From contig CAWCKJ010000012.1 of NCBI GenBank assembly GCA_963796105.1, positions 64,001-128,000 of the forward strand: a DNA stretch of 64,000 bases, written 5' to 3'. This document shows positions 1 through 9,040 of the stretch, piece after piece. Source of the DNA: a candidate division FCPU426 bacterium (GTDB lineage Bacteria > Oederibacteriota > Muellerivitia > Muellerivitales > Muellerivitaceae). Under the pieces are notes generated by a model. That model did no database searches. It had not been told where the DNA came from and worked only from the letters and a program-made list of their open reading frames with translations. The translations under genes were made by a program, and so were the position numbers. How positions within the stretch are numbered: the stretch's first letter is position 1; each line of letters opens with the position of its first letter.

Positions 1-1858
1 GGGACGACCCAGATGCCGGATTTTGTCTCAGTACTTTTTCCCCCTTGCCCGCAAATTCCAGCCTCAAATTGTCCCGATCGGCCAGCCAGTGGGATTGGGC
101 CTTTGTCAAGCCCAGGAATGAGGGGATGGTTCGACCTGCGCTTGAAGCCTCCGCGGAGGCAATGGGAACCGTCGGCGGCACGAGATCATAGGCCAGGACC
201 CGCTTCGTGACCTCCTTGAATACGGGACCAGCGGTGTAGCCTCCCCAGTAAATGCCGCGGGGATCATCCAGGGAGATATAAATGACCAGTCTCGGGTTAT
301 CCGCCGGGACGAATCCCACGAACGAGGAAACATAATTGTATTTGGAGTAATGTCCTTTCATGAATTTGTAGGCCGTTCCCGTCTTGCCGGCAATGGAATA
401 ACTTGGCAGGGAAACCGCGGTGCCCGTGCCTTTTTCCACGACCCATTTCATCATTTCCGTCAAACGCTTGGCGGTCTTGGCCGAACAGACCCGGCGGATC
501 TTCTGGGGGGAGAAAACTCGGACGGTATTTCCGTCCCGCGTCCTTAATTCCTTGGCCAGGAAGGGCTTCATCAGTACCCCTCCATTGGCGATGGCGGCGT
601 AAGCCGAAAGAATTTGGATGGGGGTCGTGGACACTTCGTATCCGTACGGGATCGTGGTTAAAGAAAGACCGCTCCACTTCTCAGGCTCCCTGAGAAGCCC
701 GAGCGCCTCCCCTGGGAGGTCAATATGGGTGGGGTCCCCGAACCCCATCCGCTTGGCATATCGGTAGAGATTTTCTTTTCCAAGCTTGGCCCCCACCTTG
801 ACCATGCCAATATTGCTTGAATAACCGAAGATTTCCCGAAAGGTCAGCCATCCGTGTTTTTCATGGTCCGTCACTACTCGGCCGTATTGCGTTTTATACG
901 CCCCGTTTTCGCAGAAAAAACGGTCATCTTCGTTCACGACCCCCTCTTCCAAGGCGCCTAAAGCCGTCACCAACTTGAATGTGCTGCCGGGCTCGAACTC
1001 GTCGTTCACAACGCGGTTTTTCCAGTATTCCGGCGGGTAATCCGAGAAATGGTTTGGGTCGAAAGTGGGGTAATTGGACATGGCCAATATCTCGCCAGTC
1101 TTAGGGTCCATGACAACCGCGGAAGCTGCCTTGCAGCGATATTTCTCGAAAGCTTTCTGCAGTTCAACCTGGGTGATGTGCTGGATGGTCCGGTCGAGGG
1201 TAGTAACCAGGTCCAATCCGTCCTTGCTGGCCTTGACCTGACGGCTGTCGGCCGCCACCACCCGGCCCCGTGCGTCGCGCTCCGTGATTGAAAAACCTTT
1301 CTGTCCGGCTAAGAAACGGTCGAAATATTTTTCGAGCCCGTTTAAGCCCTGGTTGTCCAGTCCGGCGAATCCCAACGCGTGAGAGGCCATATCGTGGTCG
1401 GGATAAAACCGCCTTTGTTCCCAGGTGGCCTCAATTCCATCCAATTTCAAGTTCTCCACCGCCTGGGATCTCTCGTAGGGAACTTGGCGCGCGAGCCAAA
1501 CGAAGGATTTGTTCTCGTACAGCTTGCCAAGGATCTCACCGCATGACTTTCCTAAAGCCCGCGACAGGACCGATGCTGCGTGGGCTTTGTCACTGATCTG
1601 ATCGGGATGCCCTGCCACGTTGTATAGGTCAATGTTCATCGCCAGCAGATCGTCATTGCGGTCTTCGATAAGCCCCCTGGAGGGCGTGGTTTCGCGGTGT
1701 GAGAACTGTTGCCGGTAAGCCATCTGGCGGAATTCCGAATGCTTGAGGATTTGGAGGTAAAACAGCCTCGCTTCCACCGCCAGGGCGGCGACGATCACGA
1801 TTCCCTGCAGCAAAAGAACGCGGTTATGTATGGAGGATGTTGTCCCGTCCCCTCTCAT
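1..1858 (-). CDS. ftsI: Peptidoglycan D,D-transpeptidase FtsI/PBP3; 3' end runs off the window
   Basis: Manual translation from ATG at 1858 (MRGDGTTSSIHNRVLLL...) is open to position 1. It has an N-terminal TM, RGLIEDRN, FEPGSTFK (SxxK), SSN (SxN) and AGKTGT (KTG). ATGA overlap with ftsL. Absent from the ORF track because no stop lies in the window. Confidence 0.95.
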   Translation of the reverse strand, partial: MRGDGTTSSIHNRVLLLQGIVIVAALAVEARLFYLQILKHSEFRQMAYRQQFSHRETTPSRGLIEDRNDDLLAMNIDLYNVAGHPDQISDKAHAASVLSRALGKSCGEILGKLYENKSFVWLARQVPYERSQAVENLKLDGIEATWEQRRFYPDHDMASHALGFAGLDNQGLNGLEKYFDRFLAGQKGFSITERDARGRVVAADSRQVKASKDGLDLVTTLDRTIQHITQVELQKAFEKYRCKAASAVVMDPKTGEILAMSNYPTFDPNHFSDYPPEYWKNRVVNDEFEPGSTFKLVTALGALEEGVVNEDDRFFCENGAYKTQYGRVVTDHEKHGWLTFREIFGYSSNIGMVKVGAKLGKENLYRYAKRMGFGDPTHIDLPGEALGLLREPEKWSGLSLTTIPYGYEVSTTPIQILSAYAAIANGGVLMKPFLAKELRTRDGNTVRVFSPQKIRRVCSAKTAKRLTEMMKWVVEKGTGTAVSLPSYSIAGKTGTAYKFMKGHYSKYNYVSSFVGFVPADNPRLVIYISLDDPRGIYWGGYTAGPVFKEVTKRVLAYDLVPPTVPIASAEASSAGRTIPSFLGLTKAQSHWLADRDNLRLEFAGKGEKVLRQNPASGSS

Positions 1859-2295
1859 GGTTTCTCCGTTTTCTTCATCCGGTCGCTCCACAATGAAAGC
1901 CAGCGCGGCATGAACGACGAACCCTCGTTTAAAATCACGATTTGGTCGGAGGATGGGGTGACCATTCCAAGCTGCTCCCGTGCCTCTTTTTCAACCCTTG
2001 GAAGGCTGTTCACATCATACATTTGGTATTTGAGATAGTAGTATTTGTTGACGAGTTGTTGTTTCTGAACCCGGAGCGACTGAACCTCGTAACCCACCTT
2101 AACTGTCTCCATGTGAAGCCAAACGTAAAGAAAAAGGAAAAAGCTCAATAAAAAAACCCCCCAGAGAGTCCCCTTGAAATCACGCCGTTGAACGGCGTTA
2201 GCAAGGTTTCCTCTCCAGAAAAGGCCGGCGTCCAAAGCCCGGTTGGCGGTGTCGAAGAATTGATTTTTAAGCGAGTCGGATTGATATCCATTCAT
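1855..2295 (-). CDS. ftsL: Cell division protein FtsL-like
   Basis: Single TM then coiled coil and LPRVEKEAREQLGMVTP motif. Lies between rsmH and ftsI. ATG at 2295 overlaps the rsmH stop. Confidence 0.85.
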   Translation of the reverse strand: MNGYQSDSLKNQFFDTANRALDAGLFWRGNLANAVQRRDFKGTLWGVFLLSFFLFLYVWLHMETVKVGYEVQSLRVQKQQLVNKYYYLKYQMYDVNSLPRVEKEAREQLGMVTPSSDQIVILNEGSSFMPRWLSLWSDRMKKTEKP

Positions 2296-3254
2296 GGTGT
2301 TTTCTCCGTTTTTATCTTTTCGGCGACTCTCAACTTGGCGCTTCGAGCCCTCGGATTTTGCGCCACCTCCGCTTCGGAAGCCGTGACTGGTTTTTTTGTC
2401 AAAATCCGCAGGCTCGCCTTGTGGCCGCAGACGCATTGGGGCAAGTCCGGCGGACAAAGGCAATTGGTGCTTTCGGTCTTGAAGAATTCCTTGACGATCC
2501 GGTCTTCCAATGAGTGGAATGTGATGACGGCGATTCGTCCGCTTTGAGCGAGAACCTTCAGGGCGGCCCGGAGCCCCTTGGAAAGGACTTCCAGTTCTTT
2601 GTTCACTTCGATCCGGAGGGCTTGGAACAGGCGAGTTGCGGGATGGTGCCGGAGTTTCCCGCCATTTTTAATGGTTTTTCCACATACGCGCTCCGCGATT
2701 CGAACGAGCTCAAGGGTCGTTTCGAACGGCTTTAGCGAACGGACTTGAACGATGGTTCGGGCCAAGGCCCTGGCCTTGGGTTCCTCCCCGAATTCGTAGA
2801 TGACTTTCGAAAGTCTTTCCTCGGGATAATTGTTGAGGATCCAGGCGGCGGTTCGGCCGGTGGCCTGGTCCATGCGCATGTCCAGGGGGCCGTCCTTGAT
2901 AAAGGAAAAACCGCGTTCCGCGGAATCAATTTGATAAGAGGATACTCCTATGTCCATCAACACGCTGTTAACCTCGCTGATTGAAAGGTCTTTCAGCACC
3001 CACAGGAGGTCGGCGAAGTTAGCCTTGAAAAGAGAGACCCTTGGGTCTTTCTTGAGTGCTAGGCCAGCGTGTTGTAGGGCATCGACATCCTGGTCAATTC
3101 CAACCAAGCGGCCACTCGACAGGTGTTTCAGGAGCTCCTGCGAGTGTCCGCCCATCCCGACCGTTAAATCCAAGACCACCCCGTCGGGAGGGGGCGACAG
3201 CCATTCCACCGCCTCTTTTAAAAGGACTGGTTGATGCGCGTTTTCAGGGTTCAA
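2292..3254 (-). CDS. rsmH: 16S rRNA m4C1402 methyltransferase RsmH (MraW)
   Basis: HQPVLL, DLTVGMGGHS, DIGVSSYQID, PLDMRM, FHSLEDRIVK, NPRARSAKLR. Likely TTG start at 3254. Confidence 0.97.
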   Translation of the reverse strand: MNPENAHQPVLLKEAVEWLSPPPDGVVLDLTVGMGGHSQELLKHLSSGRLVGIDQDVDALQHAGLALKKDPRVSLFKANFADLLWVLKDLSISEVNSVLMDIGVSSYQIDSAERGFSFIKDGPLDMRMDQATGRTAAWILNNYPEERLSKVIYEFGEEPKARALARTIVQVRSLKPFETTLELVRIAERVCGKTIKNGGKLRHHPATRLFQALRIEVNKELEVLSKGLRAALKVLAQSGRIAVITFHSLEDRIVKEFFKTESTNCLCPPDLPQCVCGHKASLRILTKKPVTASEAEVAQNPRARSAKLRVAEKIKTEKTP

Positions 3255-3581
3255 AGCGGGCGAGGGCTTCTTCCTCGCTCGACACCACGTCAAAGTAGGA
3301 ATAAGCTCCCACGAGCTTGAACAAATTCACCACGTAAGGAATCAAGCCGACCAATTTGATCTCCCCCCCAGGGATCTGAACCTCATGTTTTTCTCGGACA
3401 ACAGGGAAATCCCTTCCAGGGAGACATGGGAGACATTCTTGAAATTCAGGACGACCTTGTTCTGGTTTTTCAGCCCCATATCGGTGAGCAGGCTCAAGAT
3501 CGATTCCACGTCCCGCTTGCTGATGTAACCGGCTAAACGCAAGACCGCCGCCGTCTCAGTCGGGGTTAATGTGGCGTTCAT
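3244..3581 (-). pseudogene. STAS-domain (anti-anti-sigma-like) protein, frameshifted at a G7 run
   Basis: ORF 3342-3581 is the N-terminal part of a STAS domain. One extra G in the run at 3363-3369 continues it as GGEIKLVGLIPYVVNLFKLVGAYSYFDVVSSEEEALARFEP* (112 aa). Confidence 0.8.
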
Positions 3582-3946
3582 AGGTCCTCCTGGGCTGGGG
3601 CGTACACTGGCATGCGTCCCGTTTTCAGCATCATCTCATTGACATCCGCGTAGATTTCAAACGCCTTCTCGGCGCCCATGGATTTGAAAAGATTCATGAG
3701 CCGGCTGGAAAGACCGACGATTTTCAAATCGCCTTTCCGGAATCGGATCTGGCCCCAGTGGTTCAAGAGGGCCCCCAAGACATTCGCGCCCATGAAGGAA
3801 ACCCGGCTCAAATCCAGGACCATGTGCCGGTATCCTTTTTTTATCAAGTTGTCCATAGCATCCCCCAGCTCCGCGATATCCCACTCGCCAAGATCCCCTT
3901 CCAGGGTCATCAATGAGAATTTTTCCTTGATTTCGATGCCGATCAT
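3578..3946 (-). CDS. STAS-domain (anti-anti-sigma-like) protein
   Basis: LEGDL...VLDLSRVSFMG...GDLKIVGLSSRLMNLFKSMG..KAFEIY pattern, 122 aa. Confidence 0.88.
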   Translation of the reverse strand: MIGIEIKEKFSLMTLEGDLGEWDIAELGDAMDNLIKKGYRHMVLDLSRVSFMGANVLGALLNHWGQIRFRKGDLKIVGLSSRLMNLFKSMGAEKAFEIYADVNEMMLKTGRMPVYAPAQEDL

Positions 3947-3962
3947 CCGTTTTTCTCTTTTC

Positions 3963-4433
3963 TCATAATGGAATGGACTGAACGCCCTTGTCCGAAAGTT
4001 TCTGGGCCAATACTTCTATGGATTGCGATGGTTGAGCATGATAATTTTCATATCTTTCCTTATCCCAAATCTCGACCCGGTGGAGCATTCCAACGATTAC
4101 CACGTTTTTGCTGATTCCAGCTTCTTTTCGCAGGACTGGCGAGAGCATAATGCGACCCTGTTGGTCCATTTCCACTTCGTCGAGGGCTTTTTGGATAGAC
4201 CGTTGGAATTCCCTTTCATCCCTATTCAAGGTGTTTAAAGCAGAAAGTTTTTCTTCGATCTTTCTCCAAGCGTCCATGGGATAGAGAAAAATACATTGGT
4301 CAAATCCCGAATTAAGGATCAGTGGAGATTCATGTTCGTTTCGGATTTGTTCCCGGAAACGAACGGGAATGCTCATCCGACCCTTATCGTCGACTAGATT
4401 GTGAAAAATTCCTCTGAACACCAAAATCTCCAA
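3963..4433 (-). CDS. mraZ: Transcriptional repressor MraZ
   Basis: Two DxxGR motifs (VDDKGRMSIP, MDQQGRIML), VEIWD; first gene of the dcw cluster. Confidence 0.96.
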   Translation of the reverse strand: MEILVFRGIFHNLVDDKGRMSIPVRFREQIRNEHESPLILNSGFDQCIFLYPMDAWRKIEEKLSALNTLNRDEREFQRSIQKALDEVEMDQQGRIMLSPVLRKEAGISKNVVIVGMLHRVEIWDKERYENYHAQPSQSIEVLAQKLSDKGVQSIPL

Positions 4434-4460
4434 TTACCAGATTAGGGCTTTCGGTCATTC

Positions 4461-4505
4461 CCCACTTTTCCCCATTAAAAACCGCTATGACCCACTTTGC
4501 GCCAT
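4461..4505 (-). promoter_or_regulatory. MraZ-binding boxes (five GTGGG-like repeats, 10-bp period)
   Basis: Minus strand reads ATGGC-N5-GTGGG-N5-GCGGT-N5-ATGGG-N5-GTGGG just upstream of mraZ. A TTGACT-N17-AATAAT promoter candidate overlaps the distal box. Confidence 0.8.
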
Positions 4506-4801
4506 TATTGGGATAATCAACCATTCAGTCAAGCCTTTTATTGAAAAATAAAGGAATTTCCAGCTTATGAGGAAAGCAAGCCATGTTTGATAACTTGGTT
4601 TTAGGTGTATTTATTTTGGAAAAGCTCTGATGAGAGTAATGGAAAAGCAGGTTTTACTATGCATCTACTCACTTGCTGGGACTTTAAATGGGAAATAGGC
4701 TTGGGTAAGGACTAGGGTTACATATTGGATCTAATTACATTTATCTCTTCTTGTTATGATTTAAGTAATTGCTGGCTTTATTCTCGTGTCCTTAACGCCG
4801 A

Positions 4802-6310
4802 TCAACCGATTTTCCCCGTCATAGGTGTAGTCAGAATCCGCCCTACGGCGGCCTTCCAACCTGTCCATAATTTTTTTCTCACCGATTCTTTCATTCTGGG
4901 TTGAAACTTCTTGTCCACCCTGCGGATTTTTATTATTTCAGCCCCGTTCTTCCAGAACCCGACTTGCAAACCTGCCAGGAATGCAGCGCCCATGGCTGTA
5001 GTCTCCACCACTTTCGGCCTGTTGATCCTGGTTTTTAAAAGATCAGCCTGGAATTGCATCAGCAGATTGTTCTTGGAGGCCCCCCCATCCACCCGTAACT
5101 CTTTCATCTTGAGATTTGAATCCTTCAGCATAGCCTCCACCAAATCCCGGCTTTGGTAAGCTAGGGATTCCAAGGCCGCCCGTATTACATGTTCCCTTTT
5201 AGTTCCCCGCGTGATGCCCACTAAGGCTCCCCTGGCATGAGCATCCCAATAAGGTGCCCCTAATCCCACGAAAGCCGGCACCAGATAAACCCCCCCGGTA
5301 TCCGGCACTTTCATTGCGACCGCCTCGGATTCGGGAGAGGTTTTAATCAATTGAAGCCCATCCCTGATCCATTGGATAGCCGCTCCTCCGATGAAAACCG
5401 ATCCTTCCAGGGCATAAACAGGTTGTCCTCTTCCATCACAGGCCAGAGTAGTTAATAGTTTGTTCTTCGAGGTGAAATGCCGATGTCCCAGATTTAAAAG
5501 AAGAAAACATCCCGTTCCATAAGTATTCTTCAGAGTTCCGGGCTCATGGCATCCCTGCCCAAAGAGGGACGCCTGCTGGTCTCCCGCAATTCCAGCGATG
5601 GGAATGCCGGCGCCCAAATAACTTTTGCTTGAGGTTTTACCAAATAGGCTGGCGGAAGCCTGGACCCTCGGAAGCAACGAGGTATCGATATGCAGGAGTT
5701 TTAGGAGTTGGTTGTCCCACTTTTTGGTTTTAATGTTGAAGATCAAGGTCCGCGATGCGTTGGAATAATCGGTGGCATGGGAAACTCCGCCCGTCAATTT
5801 CCACAATAACCAACTATCGATCGTTCCAAAAGCCAATTGTCCCTTGGAAGCGCGCTGGGAAGCGCCCGGAACGTTTTTCAAGATCCATTCCACCTTTGTG
5901 CCTGAAAAATAAGCGTCAATCACAAGACCGGTTTTGCTTTGGAACAATTTTTCTTTTCGCTGGGCCTTTAACTGATCGCACCGGGGAGCCGTCCTGCGGC
6001 ATTGCCAGACAATGGCCTTGTAAATGGGTTTTCCCGTTTGACGGTCCCATAGGACCGTGGTTTCCCGTTGGTTGGTGATTCCAATCCCCGCGATTTGGGA
6101 GGATTTGACACCAGCGGCTTTTAATGAATCTTTTCCTGTTTTCTCAACTGTTTCCCAGATCTCTTCCGCGTCATGTTCCACCCAACCCGGTTTCGGGAAG
6201 TTCTGAGTGAATTCCCGGTAAGAACTTCCAACGACTTTTCCCGAATGGTTAAAAAGATAGGATCTGGTCCCGGTTGTTCCCTGATCGATGGCAAGAATAA
6301 GTTTTTCCAT
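4802..6310 (-). CDS. glpK: Glycerol kinase
   Basis: AIDQGTTGTR, GITNQRETT, YFSGTK, GDQQA, KNTYGTGCF, VDGGAS. Confidence 0.97.
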   Translation of the reverse strand: MEKLILAIDQGTTGTRSYLFNHSGKVVGSSYREFTQNFPKPGWVEHDAEEIWETVEKTGKDSLKAAGVKSSQIAGIGITNQRETTVLWDRQTGKPIYKAIVWQCRRTAPRCDQLKAQRKEKLFQSKTGLVIDAYFSGTKVEWILKNVPGASQRASKGQLAFGTIDSWLLWKLTGGVSHATDYSNASRTLIFNIKTKKWDNQLLKLLHIDTSLLPRVQASASLFGKTSSKSYLGAGIPIAGIAGDQQASLFGQGCHEPGTLKNTYGTGCFLLLNLGHRHFTSKNKLLTTLACDGRGQPVYALEGSVFIGGAAIQWIRDGLQLIKTSPESEAVAMKVPDTGGVYLVPAFVGLGAPYWDAHARGALVGITRGTKREHVIRAALESLAYQSRDLVEAMLKDSNLKMKELRVDGGASKNNLLMQFQADLLKTRINRPKVVETTAMGAAFLAGLQVGFWKNGAEIIKIRRVDKKFQPRMKESVRKKLWTGWKAAVGRILTTPMTGKIG

Positions 6311-6450
6311 GAAACACCCCGCGGTGGGACTTCACCCTATCAGACGCCGATCAGATGGCCAGCTTCGGCGAATCAACTTCAAGGCCTAAACCCAATTGGA
6401 AACCCCGCCTCCAGGGTTGCTTTGTTTCTCTGAAAGACGGCTTTTCTTGT

Positions 6451-7200
6451 TTATTCCTTGTCGAAAGTGAAAAGTTTCGTTTTCCATAATCCCATTTTGG
6501 TCAGGCGGAATTGCAGGGCCGTCCAAAGGCATCCCAGGCCATAGGAAGTGCTTCGAATGAAATTGATGGAGGAGGCCTCCGGGAAATATTTGGTGGGACA
6601 GGTAATTTCGGCGATCCTGAAACCCAGAAAATGGATTTGAGAGAGCATTTGATTATCGAAGATAAAATCGTTTGAGTTGCGGTCAATCGGCACGGTTTCC
6701 AGGACCTGGCGGGTGAATGCCCTGTAGCCCGTGTGGTACTCGGACAATTTTGCCCCCATCAGGTAATTCTGGGTAAGAGTCAAAAAGCGGTTGCTGAGAT
6801 ATTTGTAAAAAGGCATTCCTCCCTTCAAGGCCTGCCCCCCTAAAATCCGGGAAGCCAGTGCTACGTCATAAAGACCCGATTCCAGCAGGTAAGCCATGGA
6901 AGAGATGAGCTTGGGGGTGTATTGGTAGTCCGGGTGGAGCATCACGACGATATCCGCCCCGCTTTCCAAGGCGGCTTTGTAACAGGTCTTTTGATTGCCT
7001 CCGTAGCCCCGGTTCTCGGGGTGAACAATGGTTTTGATCCCCAATTCCTGGGCTACTCGGGCCGTGAAGTCGCGGCTGGCGTCGTCCACCAGGATGACCT
7101 CGTCCACGATGTCTTTGGGCACTTCCGCGTATGTCTGCTCCAAGGTCTTTTCAGCGTTATAGGCCGGCATGACGACGACTACTTTTTTCCCATGAATCAT
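6451..7200 (-). CDS. Glycosyltransferase family 2 (DPM1-like)
   Basis: VVMPAYNAEKTL, LVDDASRD, NRGYGGNQK, HPDYQY. Confidence 0.92.
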   Translation of the reverse strand: MIHGKKVVVVMPAYNAEKTLEQTYAEVPKDIVDEVILVDDASRDFTARVAQELGIKTIVHPENRGYGGNQKTCYKAALESGADIVVMLHPDYQYTPKLISSMAYLLESGLYDVALASRILGGQALKGGMPFYKYLSNRFLTLTQNYLMGAKLSEYHTGYRAFTRQVLETVPIDRNSNDFIFDNQMLSQIHFLGFRIAEITCPTKYFPEASSINFIRSTSYGLGCLWTALQFRLTKMGLWKTKLFTFDKE

Positions 7201-7333
7201 TCCATTTCCTTTTCACAAAAAGTTCCCTCTGAATATGGTATCCGTTCCCCTTTACTGCCACCCCAAGATAACTTTTCCTCGGGATTTTCCAGAAAATCCC
7301 GAGAATTCTTGTCAATCTCTTCAGGAGGAAATA

Positions 7334-7589
7334 TCATCTAGATGGCTTTAAAAGGCGGATCACCACCAATAAAACGATCGCTCCCAGGACTGAAATGGCC
7401 AAATTCCCCAAGAAACCGCCCATTTACATATATATGAAGGGTATTGGCTAAGAAACTTCCTACCAGGGCCCCTAAAATTCCCACCACCATGTCCGGAATG
7501 ATGCCCATTCCCTTTCCCTGGACGATCACACTGGCGAGCCAGCCCACAAGCAATCCAATAATCGCGGTCCAAATTAAATGATGTTCCAT
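7334..7589 (-). pseudogene. GlsB/YeaQ/YmgE (transglycosylase-associated) membrane protein with apparent frameshift
   Basis: IIGLLVGWLA...GIIPDMVVGILGALVG matches the family. The expected third TM (GGFLGNLAISVLGAIVLLVVIRLLKPSR*) is in another frame after about 7420. Confidence 0.75.
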
Positions 7590-7647
7590 CCCATGCTCCT
7601 TTAAGTTTCCGATCTGGGATCTTATTTTATTGTCCGAACCGGGCTTT

Positions 7648-8430
7648 TTACCCGAGTGTTTTCAAAATCCGGGAGTGAATAAGTCCGTTGCTGGAAACCG
7701 CGTTCCCTCCATTGATAGTCTTCCTGCCGGATAAATCCGTGAATTTACCCCCAGCTTCCTCCACGCAGATCTTGATAGCCGCTACGTCGTAGGGTTTCAC
7801 GACCGGATCCAACATGGCTTCCACCATTCCCTGGATGACCAGTGAATGTCCAAAACAATCCCCAAATCCCCGGTCGTCATAACATTCGTCCACCAACCGG
7901 CCCAGCTTGGAACGATAGGCGGACGGCACGAGTCTCATGCCCCCATAAGTAAAGGTTCCATCCTTTAATCGGGATATTTTAGACACATGGGTCCTCTTCC
8001 CGTTTGCGTAACAACCCATACCCTTGGCCGCTTTTAGGGTCAGCTTATAGGCCGGATGATGGATGACCCCCGCAATGACTTCCCCGCGGTATTCCAAGGC
8101 CACCAAAGTCCCCCAAAAAGGGATTCCCCGGATAAATTGCCTGGTCCCGTCAACCGGATCGATCCACCAGCGGAATTCCGATTTCTTTTGGGCTTCCCAC
8201 CCGTATTCCTCGCCGCACAACTGGTGAGAGGGATAGGCATTCCCGAGAATCCGCCGAATCAATCGCTCGGCTTCCCTGTCAGCCCGGGTCACGGGGGAGC
8301 AATCAACCTTTCTTGAAACCGGGACATTTTTCCTGAAATATTGGTTCGCCCTATTCCCGCCTTCCAATGCGGCCCTATAAGCCAGCGCCAAATAGGATTT
8401 GATTTGATTGGAAGTGAGGGTATTAGGCAT
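7648..8430 (-). CDS. Inositol monophosphatase family protein (HisN-like histidinol-phosphatase)
   Basis: PVTRADREAE, GEE, WWIDPVDGT, YDVAA, EEAGG. Confidence 0.9.
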   Translation of the reverse strand: MPNTLTSNQIKSYLALAYRAALEGGNRANQYFRKNVPVSRKVDCSPVTRADREAERLIRRILGNAYPSHQLCGEEYGWEAQKKSEFRWWIDPVDGTRQFIRGIPFWGTLVALEYRGEVIAGVIHHPAYKLTLKAAKGMGCYANGKRTHVSKISRLKDGTFTYGGMRLVPSAYRSKLGRLVDECYDDRGFGDCFGHSLVIQGMVEAMLDPVVKPYDVAAIKICVEEAGGKFTDLSGRKTINGGNAVSSNGLIHSRILKTLG

Positions 8431-8532
8431 GGCGGGGGTTATTTTACAGTGGGGAATGAGTCGGTAAAACAAAAAAGGACCCTCTTTTCGATCCTCTCGG
8501 GAGATGAAATGTTCAACTATCTTGTGGTTTCT

Positions 8533-9009
8533 TCAGGACAAGCGGGAAATGTCTTCCGCAGCTTTTGGAAAAAGTTTCGTCAGTTCCTCTTTTTCACCCA
8601 GAGTTAAATCCACGAATTCGAATCCGGGCGCCACAGTCATCCCCATTAACGCGAAATTACCTCCCTCGTTTAAATAGCACCCGAACCAAGTTCCCGCTTT
8701 CACTATCATTTGGGGTTGATGCCCCTGTTCCAGCAAACTTCCCAGGACTACCCTATCCGTTTTTCCTTTTTCCCTTAAAAAAACCCATGTGACTGGGTCC
8801 CCCAAATAGAAATGGATCACCTCGTCGGAAGGAAGTTTATGAAGTTTGGAAACCGATCCGGAAACCAATAGGTAGTAAATAGAAGTGGAATAAACCCTTT
8901 CGGGTTTGCTTCCAGGGATGGGAACGGGACTTTTATAAGTTTCCCTAAAATACCCGCCCTCAGGATGGGGTTTTAAATTCAATAATTTGACCAATTGATC
9001 GGCCGTCAC
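8533..9009 (-). CDS. Cupin domain protein (DUF985/Cupin_5)
   Basis: LKPHPEGGYFRET, TSIYYLL, VAPGFEF. Confidence 0.92.
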   Translation of the reverse strand: MTADQLVKLLNLKPHPEGGYFRETYKSPVPIPGSKPERVYSTSIYYLLVSGSVSKLHKLPSDEVIHFYLGDPVTWVFLREKGKTDRVVLGSLLEQGHQPQMIVKAGTWFGCYLNEGGNFALMGMTVAPGFEFVDLTLGEKEELTKLFPKAAEDISRLS

Positions 9010-9040
9010 GCTTACAATCTTATTCGAACTTTAATTTCTG

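Noticed and set aside
2296..2463. Long N-terminal extension of ftsL in the ORF track
   Set aside because: It overlaps the rsmH coding region; the ATG at 2295 in an ATGA overlap is more plausible.
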